Source of the DNA: Fibrobacterales bacterium
Lineage (GTDB): Bacteria > Fibrobacterota > Fibrobacteria > Fibrobacterales > JAOPTW01
Direction of reading: 5' to 3'
Assembly: GCA_051532035.1 (NCBI GenBank)
Contig: JAOPTW010000014.1
Coordinates: forward strand, 96,001 to 160,000
DNA length: 64,000 nt
The notes beneath the pieces are model-generated. The model was given only the letters and a program-made list of their open reading frames with translations, was not told the origin of the DNA and did no database searches. Both the position numbers and the translations under genes were made by a program. Position 1 is the stretch's first letter. Each line of letters begins with the position of its first letter. Below, piece by piece: positions 22,062 to 32,287 of this stretch.

Positions 22062-23405
22062 CTATTGAATGTTATCTTGAGCGTATGATCGAGCGACATC
22101 TAAATCGTTCTTGAGCTGTTCAACCGCATCACGCCATTTTGATACATCTAACCCATCAGAATTCCCTAATGACTCTGCCTCTTCAGTGGGCCCTTCCATC
22201 TGCTCCACCCAAGCGTCAATCAAACTATCAGCATTAGCAAGTGGACCATCGAGGATCTTATTGAATACATCGTTATACAGGTCATCAAAAAGCAGCCAAC
22301 TTCTCGTAAGCTTATCACACTGTGCTGGACGATGCTCTATTATAGAGTAACTGTAATACTGTTCACTACAATTAAAAGAAGAATCAAAAATATCAGTAAG
22401 GATATAATTTTTATGATCTCGTTCATCTTCATTCAAATTAAAAAAAGCCTTATCTACCCCCCATGGAATAAGAGACATAGGCCCTTGAACCGATTCTTGA
22501 TACCAAAGATAATCACTATTCTTTAGCGGGTCAGACAACTCAACACCACTGATGTCTTCGTCGAGTTTATACTCCCAAAAGAGCGCTCCAATATCTGCTT
22601 TAATGGTTCGACTTACAGAAATATACGCAGCGATTGATTTCATATTAAACATACCATCAACCAGACTCTTCTGTTCAAGTACATCATCTTCTGCGATAAA
22701 CTTCTTTGTAAAACCCTCAATAGCATAGGCCCCAGCATGCCCAATTCCATCCTCTTGAAGGACCCCCGAATCTAAAAACGCCTCTGCACTTTGCGCAAGA
22801 GTGTCATAGGTCAATGGCCATTTTTCACTGTAGAGATTCCCACCATCATCATCAAATCGATGGGACAAAAAGGTATCATCTATCTGCTCTGTAAAGGCAA
22901 ACAACCCCACATAGTTCCCATTCAGTAGGATTTTTGCATGAGTAGAATACGGCGCAGGAACTCCTAATTCTCTATAGAAATAGTATCCTAGCCGTTCATG
23001 AAGTTGAGTCACATCTTTGTTCATAGAATGAAATCGAAGCTTTTTCACACCGCGGAGTCGACTATACTGTGACCCTTCCCAATTTATTTTGACTTTTAAG
23101 GAGTATTTTCCGCACCGACTTTCATCATCCTCATCTTTTTTGCATGCTCCACCGTTATACCGTATACCTACGGGATCATAACGAACACCCTCAAACTCAA
23201 GGGCGCCAACAACATATTCTTCACTCTCAATACTTGCATCTAGTGCATTAAGAGCCAAGGTATCTATAAAAAGACTAAAAGTACGAATAGTATCGAGACT
23301 AAAAAGATACTCTTGTAACTGAGTTGGATCTGTAACCTCTTTTTCAGGTGCAGGTGCCGGCACAAAATCACACCCCAATAATATCAATAGTAGACTCAAA
23401 AACAT
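22062..23405 (-). CDS. CotH kinase-family lipoprotein
   Basis: Lipobox ILLGC; VGIRYNG...KYSLKVK, LHERLGY..YRELGVPAP, LNGNYVGLF..TEQIDD.FL..RF..D.GNLY. Start 23405 or 23426. Confidence 0.8.
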   Translation of the reverse strand: MFLSLLLILLGCDFVPAPAPEKEVTDPTQLQEYLFSLDTIRTFSLFIDTLALNALDASIESEEYVVGALEFEGVRYDPVGIRYNGGACKKDEDDESRCGKYSLKVKINWEGSQYSRLRGVKKLRFHSMNKDVTQLHERLGYYFYRELGVPAPYSTHAKILLNGNYVGLFAFTEQIDDTFLSHRFDDDGGNLYSEKWPLTYDTLAQSAEAFLDSGVLQEDGIGHAGAYAIEGFTKKFIAEDDVLEQKSLVDGMFNMKSIAAYISVSRTIKADIGALFWEYKLDEDISGVELSDPLKNSDYLWYQESVQGPMSLIPWGVDKAFFNLNEDERDHKNYILTDIFDSSFNCSEQYYSYSIIEHRPAQCDKLTRSWLLFDDLYNDVFNKILDGPLANADSLIDAWVEQMEGPTEEAESLGNSDGLDVSKWRDAVEQLKNDLDVARSYAQDNIQ

Positions 23406-23415
23406 CGAACGCACT

Positions 23416-24126
23416 TTAGTCACCATACCTATTCACATCCTTCTCTTCTTTTTTACTATACCATTTGAAGGAATAGACAAACCCGAGAGTAATCAAATGA
23501 GTTCTATCAGGTTTTGCTTGTTGAATCTCTTGCTGAAACTGATAGCCAAGTTCAATATCTCCAACCTTTTTTATGCGATACTCTACATTTGCAGAAAGTC
23601 GATATTCATCAATTACCGCACCAACATAGTACGGGTAGAACACCTCAATGCCTATACCTGGCTTCATATCTATTTTTTTTAAACTATAGTTGACACTATT
23701 TTTTAAACGAAAATATTGATAATACTCTTCTTCGCTGTGAGTAAGATTAATCTTGTTTTGAATTTTCAATCGATGCTTAAGCTTGAGGCGCTTAGAGCCA
23801 TATTTTACTCCAACAACCATTGCATACTTAAAGGTTGATTCATAGCCTTGCTTCGAACCCGAATTATCATTTGCACGAATATACCGAGCAGAAGCACTTA
23901 CGTTAAGCCAATTGAGTAACTCATAACCCGCACCTATTTCACCAAAATACTGATCGACGGCTTGAGAGTTGTCCTTAAAGCGAATTTCACCACTTGTAAA
24001 AAGAGCACTCTTTTTGGTCAGTCCAGCTTTACCACCAATAGAAATACCAGAGACAACATCAGCCTCTGCCCAGAGTGAACTGATGCTCAGCAATCCAAAG
24101 ACTATGAGAGTTTTAATCTTAAGCAC
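23416..24126 (-). CDS. DUF2490-like outer-membrane beta-barrel protein
   Basis: Signal peptide; alternating aromatic beta-strands; LKHRLKIQ...YFRLK pattern; position in VTC/DUF4956 cluster. Confidence 0.7.
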   Translation of the reverse strand: MLKIKTLIVFGLLSISSLWAEADVVSGISIGGKAGLTKKSALFTSGEIRFKDNSQAVDQYFGEIGAGYELLNWLNVSASARYIRANDNSGSKQGYESTFKYAMVVGVKYGSKRLKLKHRLKIQNKINLTHSEEEYYQYFRLKNSVNYSLKKIDMKPGIGIEVFYPYYVGAVIDEYRLSANVEYRIKKVGDIELGYQFQQEIQQAKPDRTHLITLGFVYSFKWYSKKEEKDVNRYGD

Positions 24127-24134
24127 TCGTATAA

Positions 24135-24761
24135 CTACCCTTGCTCTTTGAAATCTACAGATTGTGCCTCATCAAAATAGACCATAAGGCGAGCCGTATC
24201 TCTCATAAAATTTACATCAGTAACAGTCACTCGATTAATAATTACACCAAGGCGCTCTTCAAGATCAGCCTTAAGGGCATCATAATTCTCAGGCTTAATA
24301 TTTTCAATTTTCTCATACACGACCTCTTTATGGAGGTCGACTTTAACCATTTTAAGATTTTCAAGAAATGATATCGCAACAACAATCATTGTATTACTGA
24401 GGAAGATCTCAGCATAACTCATCTTTTTATTAGCTAATGAGTTCATCACTGAAACACCAATAACAACAAATAAATAGGTCATCTCTTTAATATCTATTGG
24501 GTCGGTACGATACCGTATTATACCAAATATGGCAAAGAGGCCGAGCGCCATCCCTATGTCTAGCTCATACTTCTTCAGGGTAAAACAGAGGAAAAATACT
24601 ATGATACTGATCATGTAATAGGTGAATAGGTAATCTCGACGTTTACTATGCTGGTAATACTGTTTCCATATTACAATGGTGAGAAAAAACATATTGACAG
24701 CAAAACGAAACATCATTTTGTACACATCATCATCCAGAAAAGGAATATCTAAAAACTCCAT
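24135..24761 (-). CDS. DUF4956 membrane protein
   Basis: IGMALGLFAIFGIIRYRTDPI..KEMTYLF signature; multiple TM helices. Confidence 0.85.
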   Translation of the reverse strand: MEFLDIPFLDDDVYKMMFRFAVNMFFLTIVIWKQYYQHSKRRDYLFTYYMISIIVFFLCFTLKKYELDIGMALGLFAIFGIIRYRTDPIDIKEMTYLFVVIGVSVMNSLANKKMSYAEIFLSNTMIVVAISFLENLKMVKVDLHKEVVYEKIENIKPENYDALKADLEERLGVIINRVTVTDVNFMRDTARLMVYFDEAQSVDFKEQG

Positions 24762-25571
24762 CTACGCAACTCCTACTTTTTTAATTTTCAGCAACTTTTC
24801 TTTAAAGCTGTTGTATTTAAGGTTTTTGTAATGCACAATCATCCCTATACAGTACTTACTCAGACTGTATTTATGAATGCGCTTTGTTCGCAATGCTTTT
24901 ACAATTGGTGACTCACGGTCAAACCGTTCCTGTTTAACCTCAACAATTACTAAGCCTTTATACGGTTCCGTTTCGGCGACTATTGAATTTGAACCCGCAC
25001 TATAATTTAATTGTAAATCTATGGTAACTCGCTCTTGATCACATTTATTAACGAGTGTGAATCTCTTAAACCCAGTACGTAACGATGGTACAAGATTATA
25101 TTCTCTCTTAAGTACTTTATTAATAAACGTCATTGACTGACTAGAAAGTTCTTTTTCAATTTCTGGAATTTTAGTTCGAGTCTTGTGGGTATTCCCTTGA
25201 TGATCTTTCTCTTTAATTTCGAGATAACATCGTTTAGACTCTACATATTCACGCATTCTTATCTTTACTCTTTTTACTTTCCCATTATGGTGTTCATTAT
25301 AAAAGAGGTATTCAGGAGTATCAAAGTAAAGAGAGTCGTAGGTCATCATTCTATTTGAATCAATTTCAAGAACCTGATAAAATGGCTCTACTAATGAGAG
25401 CACCTCACATAGATCAGAAATGTGTAATATAAATTTAGAGTCCGTTCTTTTCAGAAGCGCAACTCTATCCATATCACCAAGTGAAATAGGCTCAAAACAC
25501 GCTACGGCACGTTCAACTTCACCAGAAGTGAACTGCTGTTTGGTAATATTATCATTTAATTCAGTGTGCAT
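24762..25571 (-). CDS. VTC-domain (polyphosphate polymerase-like, CYTH) protein
   Basis: LLKRTDSKF, YDSLYFDT, KIRMREY..S..YLEIK, ERVTID, VIVEVK, SKYC.G. Confidence 0.85.
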   Translation of the reverse strand: MHTELNDNITKQQFTSGEVERAVACFEPISLGDMDRVALLKRTDSKFILHISDLCEVLSLVEPFYQVLEIDSNRMMTYDSLYFDTPEYLFYNEHHNGKVKRVKIRMREYVESKRCYLEIKEKDHQGNTHKTRTKIPEIEKELSSQSMTFINKVLKREYNLVPSLRTGFKRFTLVNKCDQERVTIDLQLNYSAGSNSIVAETEPYKGLVIVEVKQERFDRESPIVKALRTKRIHKYSLSKYCIGMIVHYKNLKYNSFKEKLLKIKKVGVA

Positions 25572-25890
25572 TGTACCCTAATACATCGTGCTAGAAAGAT
25601 TTCTCGTAGTCAGCTTAAAGCCCCACCTACACTACGATCTTAATATTTGTCATAAACAACTGTTAATAACACTGATCAAATATAAGCTTTTTATTGTAAA
25701 AAAGTTTTTTCATATCTGACTTTGAAAAGATTTGAACTCTTTTTTAATGCTCTATAGCAAAAGGGGGCTACTCTACTACCCGAAACAGAGAAGGCCTATA
25801 GCCTTAGTTACCTTTTTCGTATTTGCCTTATAAAAAAACCAGCTGACCACCACCACCCAAAACCTTATTTCTCCATACAGCAAAGAACCA

Positions 25891-25946
25891 CATTAACGCC
25901 CTATTGTAAACATTGTCAGCTTTTTATTTACAATAGGATGTTAATG
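25891..25946. repeat. Long intergenic inverted repeat (20-bp arms, 18/20 match, 16-bp spacer)
   Basis: cattaacgccctattgtaaa / tttacaataggatgttaatg. Confidence 0.7.
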
Positions 25947-26086
25947 AGGCAAATATGTTGGCTTTTTACTGCAGTTTTATTTTTTTTAATATTTTCTTCC
26001 CATTTGAACTTCCATATTCGGTGAGAAATGTTTATTCTTTTTTACATAGGCACTATTCATTCGATCTTAACCCAAGGAGACACAGT

Positions 26087-27739
26087 ATGACCCTCAAAAA
26101 AGTCTATTCGCTCACCACCCTTGTGATTACTCTTACTATTTCAGCGTGCAACCCTCTTGAGTCTACAACCTCATCCCCTAAAACACAACCAACTAGCTCT
26201 ACAACAGTACTTGGACCAACACCCCCACCCTCAACAATCCCTCTCGTAGCAAAAATCATACAAACCCCTCAAGAGCTTCCCCTCTGTGACGGCACTTTCG
26301 AAGGAGCAGTCTACTACATTTTCGAAACTGAGACATTAAAAGGTTGTCTAGAAGGACAATGGACCCCATTTACTATTGCTGGCAGTGAAGGCTCCAAGGG
26401 TGACCAGGGCACCGATGGCCCCCAAGGTATTGAAGGAGCACAAGGTATAGATGGCGAAGATGGCACTCCTTGTACCGGCGTAGAAACCCAAGATGGAATC
26501 ATCATGAGCTGTAACGGAGCAATTATTGATACTCTTATTCACGGTAAAGACGGAAAAGATGGCATTGACGGTCACTCCTGTACAGTCACAGAAGAACTTG
26601 AAGAAGGGATCGTAATCAGTTGTACTACAGGATCAATCGACACCCTGTATCATGGAGAGCAAGGTGGACAAGGAAAGCAAGGCATAACAGGAACACAAGG
26701 CATTTCATGTACTATTGTTGAGCGCATCGACACTGGGCTTATCATAGAATGTGGCGAAGGCCCCCGAGACACTCTGTATCACGGCACTTCGGGATCGGAC
26801 GGTACTGATGGAAGAAATGGGACCAATGGAAATGATGGAGCAAATGGAGCAAGCTTTCTCTCAGGCATTGACCAACCTCTCCCCGAAGAAGGCACAGAAG
26901 GAGACACTTATTTAGATGTAGAAACCGGTGTCCACTTTACAAAAGAGAGCGATGGATGGCATATACTCAACGTTCGTTATGACCTAGAGATCATCTCTCT
27001 CGATTACTTACTCGAAGCTGAGGCACTCCCCTACAATATCATGCGAAGCGGTGCATCTTATAAAGATATTGTCAATGCTCAATTTACCGACCTTTCTTCA
27101 CTTACAGGGACCTTTATTGATGGACGTGACAACGCCACCTACAAAACGATAAAAATTGGAACTCAGACTTGGATGGCCGATAATTTAAATTACTCAGGCC
27201 CTACTATCGAACATGAAAAGACATTTACTATAGGGCACTGCTATGGCTCAACCGACCCAAAAGTCACTACAAACTGCGATACATACGGAAGACTCTATAA
27301 TTGGGCTGAGGCAATGGAACTTACCAATCAATACCTAGACGACAACTACATTACCACAGACAACCGCAACGGCATATGCCCTGAAGACTGGCACCTCCCT
27401 ACCGCATCGGAATATGAAACCCTCGAACAGTATGCCACCAACTATTTTGGCGACACGGCAACCAACAGTATTATTACTGCAAGTTTAAAGTCCACATCCT
27501 CACTTTGGAATAATCAACCTGGAAGCGACCTCTTTGGCTTCGGTGCACTCCCTGGAGGCATGCAGACCACCAATGGTACCTCAGCAGAACTTAACGTTAC
27601 CGCCTATCATTGGAGCGCTACAAACAGAGCACCCAACAAAGCGACCATGGTGAAACTCGACATAAATTCAACTGGAGTAGTCCAACTCGATTACCTTAAA
27701 TCCAACAAAGGCTCTGTCAGATGTATACTAACAGAGTAG
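26087..27739 (+). CDS. Lipoprotein with collagen-like Gly-X-Y segments and C-terminal Fibrobacter major paralogous (FISUMP) domain
   Basis: AAGGAG RBS; lipobox ISAC; GTF.D.RD...YKTIKIGTQTWMADNLNY, CDTYGRLYNW, GICPEDWHLPT, FGFGALPGG, SVRC. Confidence 0.9.
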   Translation: MTLKKVYSLTTLVITLTISACNPLESTTSSPKTQPTSSTTVLGPTPPPSTIPLVAKIIQTPQELPLCDGTFEGAVYYIFETETLKGCLEGQWTPFTIAGSEGSKGDQGTDGPQGIEGAQGIDGEDGTPCTGVETQDGIIMSCNGAIIDTLIHGKDGKDGIDGHSCTVTEELEEGIVISCTTGSIDTLYHGEQGGQGKQGITGTQGISCTIVERIDTGLIIECGEGPRDTLYHGTSGSDGTDGRNGTNGNDGANGASFLSGIDQPLPEEGTEGDTYLDVETGVHFTKESDGWHILNVRYDLEIISLDYLLEAEALPYNIMRSGASYKDIVNAQFTDLSSLTGTFIDGRDNATYKTIKIGTQTWMADNLNYSGPTIEHEKTFTIGHCYGSTDPKVTTNCDTYGRLYNWAEAMELTNQYLDDNYITTDNRNGICPEDWHLPTASEYETLEQYATNYFGDTATNSIITASLKSTSSLWNNQPGSDLFGFGALPGGMQTTNGTSAELNVTAYHWSATNRAPNKATMVKLDINSTGVVQLDYLKSNKGSVRCILTE

Positions 27740-27764
27740 GAAATGAAAGGCCACGTTAAATGAT

Positions 27765-29600
27765 TTAACGAGAAAGCAACTTATTCAACAGCTTTTTCTG
27801 TCCAAGCTTTTCAAGACTCCGCTGGATCCATTTACGCTCTTCTTTTTTATACCAAAAGAAAAACCGTTTCTGATCTTTTTTCTCATCAGATGACACCGCT
27901 CTATAAACAGGCTCCAAGGTATAAGGGTGATACCCTGAGTAGTAGATCACTGTAGCAACGGTCATTGGAGTCGGCGTAAAATCCTGCACTTGCTCCAATT
28001 TATACCCAAGCTCTTTTGTCTTGAGCGCAAGGTCAGCCATATCTAATAACTGTGACCCAGGGTGACTCGAAATAAAATATGGAATAAGTTGCTGGTTCAG
28101 CCCCGCCTTCTCACAAATAGCATCAAACTTTTTGCTAAACTTTTTAAAAAGCTCGAAACTCGGTTTTCTCATAAGCGTCAACACATCATCAGAGGTGTGT
28201 TCAGGGGCAACCTTAAGCCTTCCTGAGACATGATGCGTTATCACATCCTCCATATACTTGCTTAACCCTTTTTGAGCATCAACACCTTTATTGTCTGTAA
28301 CAAAAAGGTCGTAACGTATACCACTTGTCACAAAAGCTTTTTTAATATCTGGATGCTTTCTTACTTTACTATAGAGATCTACCAATGGGTTGTGATCGAT
28401 ATCAAGATTACTGCATACTTTAGGAAAGACACACGATGGTTTTGCACAGGTATCACAAATATCTTGCTTGATACCTTTCATCTTGTACATATTCGCACTC
28501 GGACCACCAAGGTCTGATATATACCCCTTAAAGTCATCCATCTCTGTAACAGCAGTGACCTCTTTCAATATTGATTTTTCTGATCGACTCGCTATCATCT
28601 TACCTTGATGCGCAGAGATCGTACAAAAACTACAGCCACCAAAGCAGCCCCTATGCATATTGACCGAGTGTTTGATCATCTCGAAAGCAGGAATAACACC
28701 ACGCTTTCGATATTTAGGATGAGGTAATCGAGTATACGGTAGATCAAAAGAACGATCAATCTCTTTTTCATTCATTGTTTTATAAGGTGGATTAATCAAC
28801 AGTATCGAGGAGTCAACCTCTTGCAAAATTCGGCGTGCTTGCTGCTTATTCGATTCTTTCTCAACAATTTTAAAATTTGCAGCATAACTCTTTTTATTCT
28901 GAAGACACTCAGCATGTGATGCAAGCTCAACATCATCCCACCGCTTATTTTTAGGTGGTCCCGCTTCTTTATCTACTAATACCGCTGTTTGTGGAATGGT
29001 CGTGAGAGATTCAAAAGGAACCCCTTTTTTTAACAATCGGGCAATTTCTAAAATTGCATTTTCTCCCATACCATAAGAAAGAAGGTCTGCTCCTGACTCT
29101 TTTAAAATAGTAGGTTTAAGGGAGTCGGACCAGTAATCATAATGGGTAACCCGTCTCAGAGACGCTTCTATCCCCCCAAGAATTACGGGAACATCAGGAT
29201 ACAGTTTTTTTAAAATCTGTGAATAGGTTGCTGCAGCATAATCGGGCCTAAAGCCCGCTTCCCCGCCTGGCGTATAGGCATCATTAGAGCGTTTTCGCTT
29301 ATGCGCCGTGTAATGATTCACCATCGAGTCCATACAGCCAGCCGTCACACCAAAGAAAAGGTTGGGCTGCCCCATTTTTTTAAAATCACGAAGATCATCC
29401 TGCCAGTTTGGCTGAGGTATAATACCAACAGTATAGCCTTTACTCTCGAGAAGCCTCCCTATCACTGCCGCCCCAAAGGAAGGGTGATCTACATAGGCAT
29501 CACCAGAAATTAAAATTATATCAAGTGACTCCCAATTTCGAGCCTTAACCTCTTTTTGTGTGATAGGCAACCACGATTCTAACGTATATCGATGACTCAT
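27765..29600 (-). CDS. ygiQ: YgiQ-family radical SAM protein (UPF0313)
   Basis: SGDAYVDHPSFG, MDSMVNHYT, GGIEASLRR, HRGCFGGCSFC, DLGGPSANMY, QVQDFTPTPMT. Confidence 0.92.
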   Translation of the reverse strand: MSHRYTLESWLPITQKEVKARNWESLDIILISGDAYVDHPSFGAAVIGRLLESKGYTVGIIPQPNWQDDLRDFKKMGQPNLFFGVTAGCMDSMVNHYTAHKRKRSNDAYTPGGEAGFRPDYAAATYSQILKKLYPDVPVILGGIEASLRRVTHYDYWSDSLKPTILKESGADLLSYGMGENAILEIARLLKKGVPFESLTTIPQTAVLVDKEAGPPKNKRWDDVELASHAECLQNKKSYAANFKIVEKESNKQQARRILQEVDSSILLINPPYKTMNEKEIDRSFDLPYTRLPHPKYRKRGVIPAFEMIKHSVNMHRGCFGGCSFCTISAHQGKMIASRSEKSILKEVTAVTEMDDFKGYISDLGGPSANMYKMKGIKQDICDTCAKPSCVFPKVCSNLDIDHNPLVDLYSKVRKHPDIKKAFVTSGIRYDLFVTDNKGVDAQKGLSKYMEDVITHHVSGRLKVAPEHTSDDVLTLMRKPSFELFKKFSKKFDAICEKAGLNQQLIPYFISSHPGSQLLDMADLALKTKELGYKLEQVQDFTPTPMTVATVIYYSGYHPYTLEPVYRAVSSDEKKDQKRFFFWYKKEERKWIQRSLEKLGQKKLLNKLLSR

Positions 29601-29643
29601 AATCCAAACTGAATAGCAAACAGATGACTACAATGTAGCAAAT

Positions 29644-30951
29644 TTAGGAGTTAATTAACTTTTTCGCTCCAGTTAGCTTGACCTTGGACAGGGTTATTAC
29701 AAACGTGCTCCCTTCGCCCGGTACCGATGTAATCCCAAGAGATCCATTATTTTTTCCCAACAACTCCCTACAAAGACGTAGTCCTATACCAGAGCCCGAT
29801 TCGTTTTCGGTCCCCTGAGTCGAGAAAAAAGCGGCCCCCGAAAGTATCCCCTCTATTGCCTCAGCCTCCAAGCCCACTCCCGTGTCTGCAATAGCAATAT
29901 CTACCTCAGTTTCCGAACTAAAACAACTCAAGGTAACAAGCCCACCTTTAGGCGTAAATTTAAGAGCGTTATTAATCATATTACTTAGCACTATTTTTAC
30001 ACTTGCCTTATCTGCAAAAATAGAATTGCTCCCACATGGCTCAATACGCACTGCAATCTCTTTTTCAGTAGCAATTTGCCTATAAGGCGCAAAACTTTCA
30101 GCCACTATTTCACCCACCCCAATACATTCCGCCTCAAGTACTCTGCTGTCTTGCTGGGCTTGAGCCCAGATTAATAAATTTTCGAGAAGCGCATAGACAT
30201 TTGCAGAGTCACGATGAATTTGAATAAAAAGTTCTTTCTTCTCTGAAGCACTATACACCGAATCATTCTCACTCAAGACACCCATAATCCCAACAAGCCC
30301 ACTAAAGGGGCGCTGTAAATCGTGAGCGATCACCGAGAACAACTTGTTTTTTAGAGTGTTAGATTCATCCAACTCCATTCTCTGCTTTTCAATTTTTTCT
30401 AAGGCTTGAATAAGATTTCCATTCACATTTTTTATAACACGCGACACCATATATCCAAAAAAGAGGAAAGCAGCAGCAATAACCAACCACGAAGTTATCT
30501 CGGAATGATAGTTCTCAACATCAACCGAAAAAACGTGATTTCCTATCGTCGCAAGGAGTCCAATGCCCACAATTGAAAGCACCCCTCCCCCCATACACCA
30601 GAGCGCAACGGTTCTCCTGCCAAACGCCATAGCAAGAGTCGTGGAGGTAAAAAGTAAAACCACCCCACCACCGACCAAACCAAATGACAAAAGCCCCAAC
30701 ACCCCACTCACAAATGTAATGGCAAGCATCAAATAGATTTTGACTATTTTTGTAAGTCTTACTCGATACACAACTGCAAATATCACCACAATCACCACAC
30801 AAAGGTGAAATACCATTATATTTTTCCACCCAATCTCAATACTTCGTATTATCGATGCTGAAACTGCAAGACAGGCAACCCAAAGAAAGACTGAAAGTAA
30901 TCGATCAACAAGGGCCTCTTCGCCCTTCTCTATAACTCTAAAGAGCTCCAC
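29644..30951 (-). CDS. Membrane sensor histidine kinase (multi-TM input, HisKA, HATPase)
   Basis: About six TM helices; FSVIAHDLQRPF, NMINNALKFT, DTGVG, GSGIGL. GTG 30951 taken as start. Confidence 0.88.
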   Translation of the reverse strand: MELFRVIEKGEEALVDRLLSVFLWVACLAVSASIIRSIEIGWKNIMVFHLCVVIVVIFAVVYRVRLTKIVKIYLMLAITFVSGVLGLLSFGLVGGGVVLLFTSTTLAMAFGRRTVALWCMGGGVLSIVGIGLLATIGNHVFSVDVENYHSEITSWLVIAAAFLFFGYMVSRVIKNVNGNLIQALEKIEKQRMELDESNTLKNKLFSVIAHDLQRPFSGLVGIMGVLSENDSVYSASEKKELFIQIHRDSANVYALLENLLIWAQAQQDSRVLEAECIGVGEIVAESFAPYRQIATEKEIAVRIEPCGSNSIFADKASVKIVLSNMINNALKFTPKGGLVTLSCFSSETEVDIAIADTGVGLEAEAIEGILSGAAFFSTQGTENESGSGIGLRLCRELLGKNNGSLGITSVPGEGSTFVITLSKVKLTGAKKLINS

Positions 30952-32287
30952 TATACTTACGCCCCCAATATTTTGTATCAAGTGAATGCGGGAGCAACAC
31001 AGAAAATACACTCCCCTCCCCTGGCTCACTAGTGACTGATAGTGAGCCCTCTATTTTTGCAACAAGATCATAACAAATCCCAAGCCCAATCCCCACACCC
31101 TTTTCATTATCTGTCCCGCGCGTAGTTGTATGCATCTCTTGATCAAAGAGCTTCTCAATATAATCTGCCTCCATGCCAACCCCTGTATCGGCGACACGAA
31201 GCTCAACCCCTTTATCCACTTCATGACACGAAATCTTAATAACACCATCATATGGGGTAAATTTAATGGCATTATTAATCAAATTACTCAGCACTATACG
31301 GATTGTTGGCTCATCGACAAAAAGAACTGTCTCATCGAGTAAAAACCGCTGTATTACTACCCCTTTTTTCTCGGCTATTGTCAAATAAGGCGCAACGGCA
31401 TGAGCAACTAATCGCTGCACTCGTACGCTCCCTTTATTTGATTGTCCCTCACCCAACTCTGAACGGGCCCATATTAAGAGATTATCTAATAACCCATAGA
31501 CATTTTGCGTATCATTAAAAATTTTCTCAAGTAAGACCCCTTTCCGCTCATCACTCATCGACCCTTTTCCGTTATGAAAGAGCTGCATTAACCCTAAGAG
31601 GCTATTAAAGGGGCGCTTCATATCATGCCCTATTACCGCAAAAACCTTATTTTTTGCGGCATTAAGCTTCTCCAACTCGACCTTCTGCTGATTTACTACA
31701 AGGAGGTGTTTATAGATCATATCATTCATTGTACGGATAATTAACAGTGCTATTATGCCCCAAATGAGAAGAGAGGTCCCCGAGGAAACCCAAGTAGACA
31801 AACTTTTACTATACACTCCACTATCAACACTAAAAGTGTAGGCCCCAGTGCTCACGAAATACCCGAGTCCATAATAGAGCGCCACCGCAGTCCCTAAAAA
31901 CACCCAACTCAGCACTACTCTATTAAATGCAGAGGCAATAATAACCAGAAAAATAAATACCATCGACACATCTGACACTATCCCAAACGTAAATAGCCCG
32001 GTTATTCCTGCTAGGGATATCAAAAAAAATGAGATTGTGATTTTTAGGGAAAGGCTCACTGTATTTCTAAAAAAGGTAACCCCCCAAACAACCACAACAA
32101 GCCCAAGATGAACCCCCATGACAGGCTGCCACCCAATATCAGGAATCCGCCCTAATGACGCGATCAACACGAAGACAAATATTCCCGATGCTATTATAAA
32201 AATTTTATTAACGAGCTTATTTCGCTCATTTTGGATTTTTTGATCAAAAAAGTACATTTTACACCAAGTCACGACACAAGCACTCAC
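30938..32287 (-). CDS. Paralogous membrane sensor histidine kinase
   Basis: FAVIGHDMKRPF, NLINNAIKFT, DTGVGM, GVGIGL; TM region similar to neighbour (IGW..M..HL). Start uncertain. Confidence 0.88.
   Translation of the reverse strand: MSACVVTWCKMYFFDQKIQNERNKLVNKIFIIASGIFVFVLIASLGRIPDIGWQPVMGVHLGLVVVVWGVTFFRNTVSLSLKITISFFLISLAGITGLFTFGIVSDVSMVFIFLVIIASAFNRVVLSWVFLGTAVALYYGLGYFVSTGAYTFSVDSGVYSKSLSTWVSSGTSLLIWGIIALLIIRTMNDMIYKHLLVVNQQKVELEKLNAAKNKVFAVIGHDMKRPFNSLLGLMQLFHNGKGSMSDERKGVLLEKIFNDTQNVYGLLDNLLIWARSELGEGQSNKGSVRVQRLVAHAVAPYLTIAEKKGVVIQRFLLDETVLFVDEPTIRIVLSNLINNAIKFTPYDGVIKISCHEVDKGVELRVADTGVGMEADYIEKLFDQEMHTTTRGTDNEKGVGIGLGICYDLVAKIEGSLSVTSEPGEGSVFSVLLPHSLDTKYWGRKYSGAL

Noticed and set aside
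25646..25668. Pho-box-like ttgtcat...ctgttaa upstream of the VTC operon
   Set aside because: Half-site spacing is 13 rather than 11 bp and it lies on the opposite strand to the operon.
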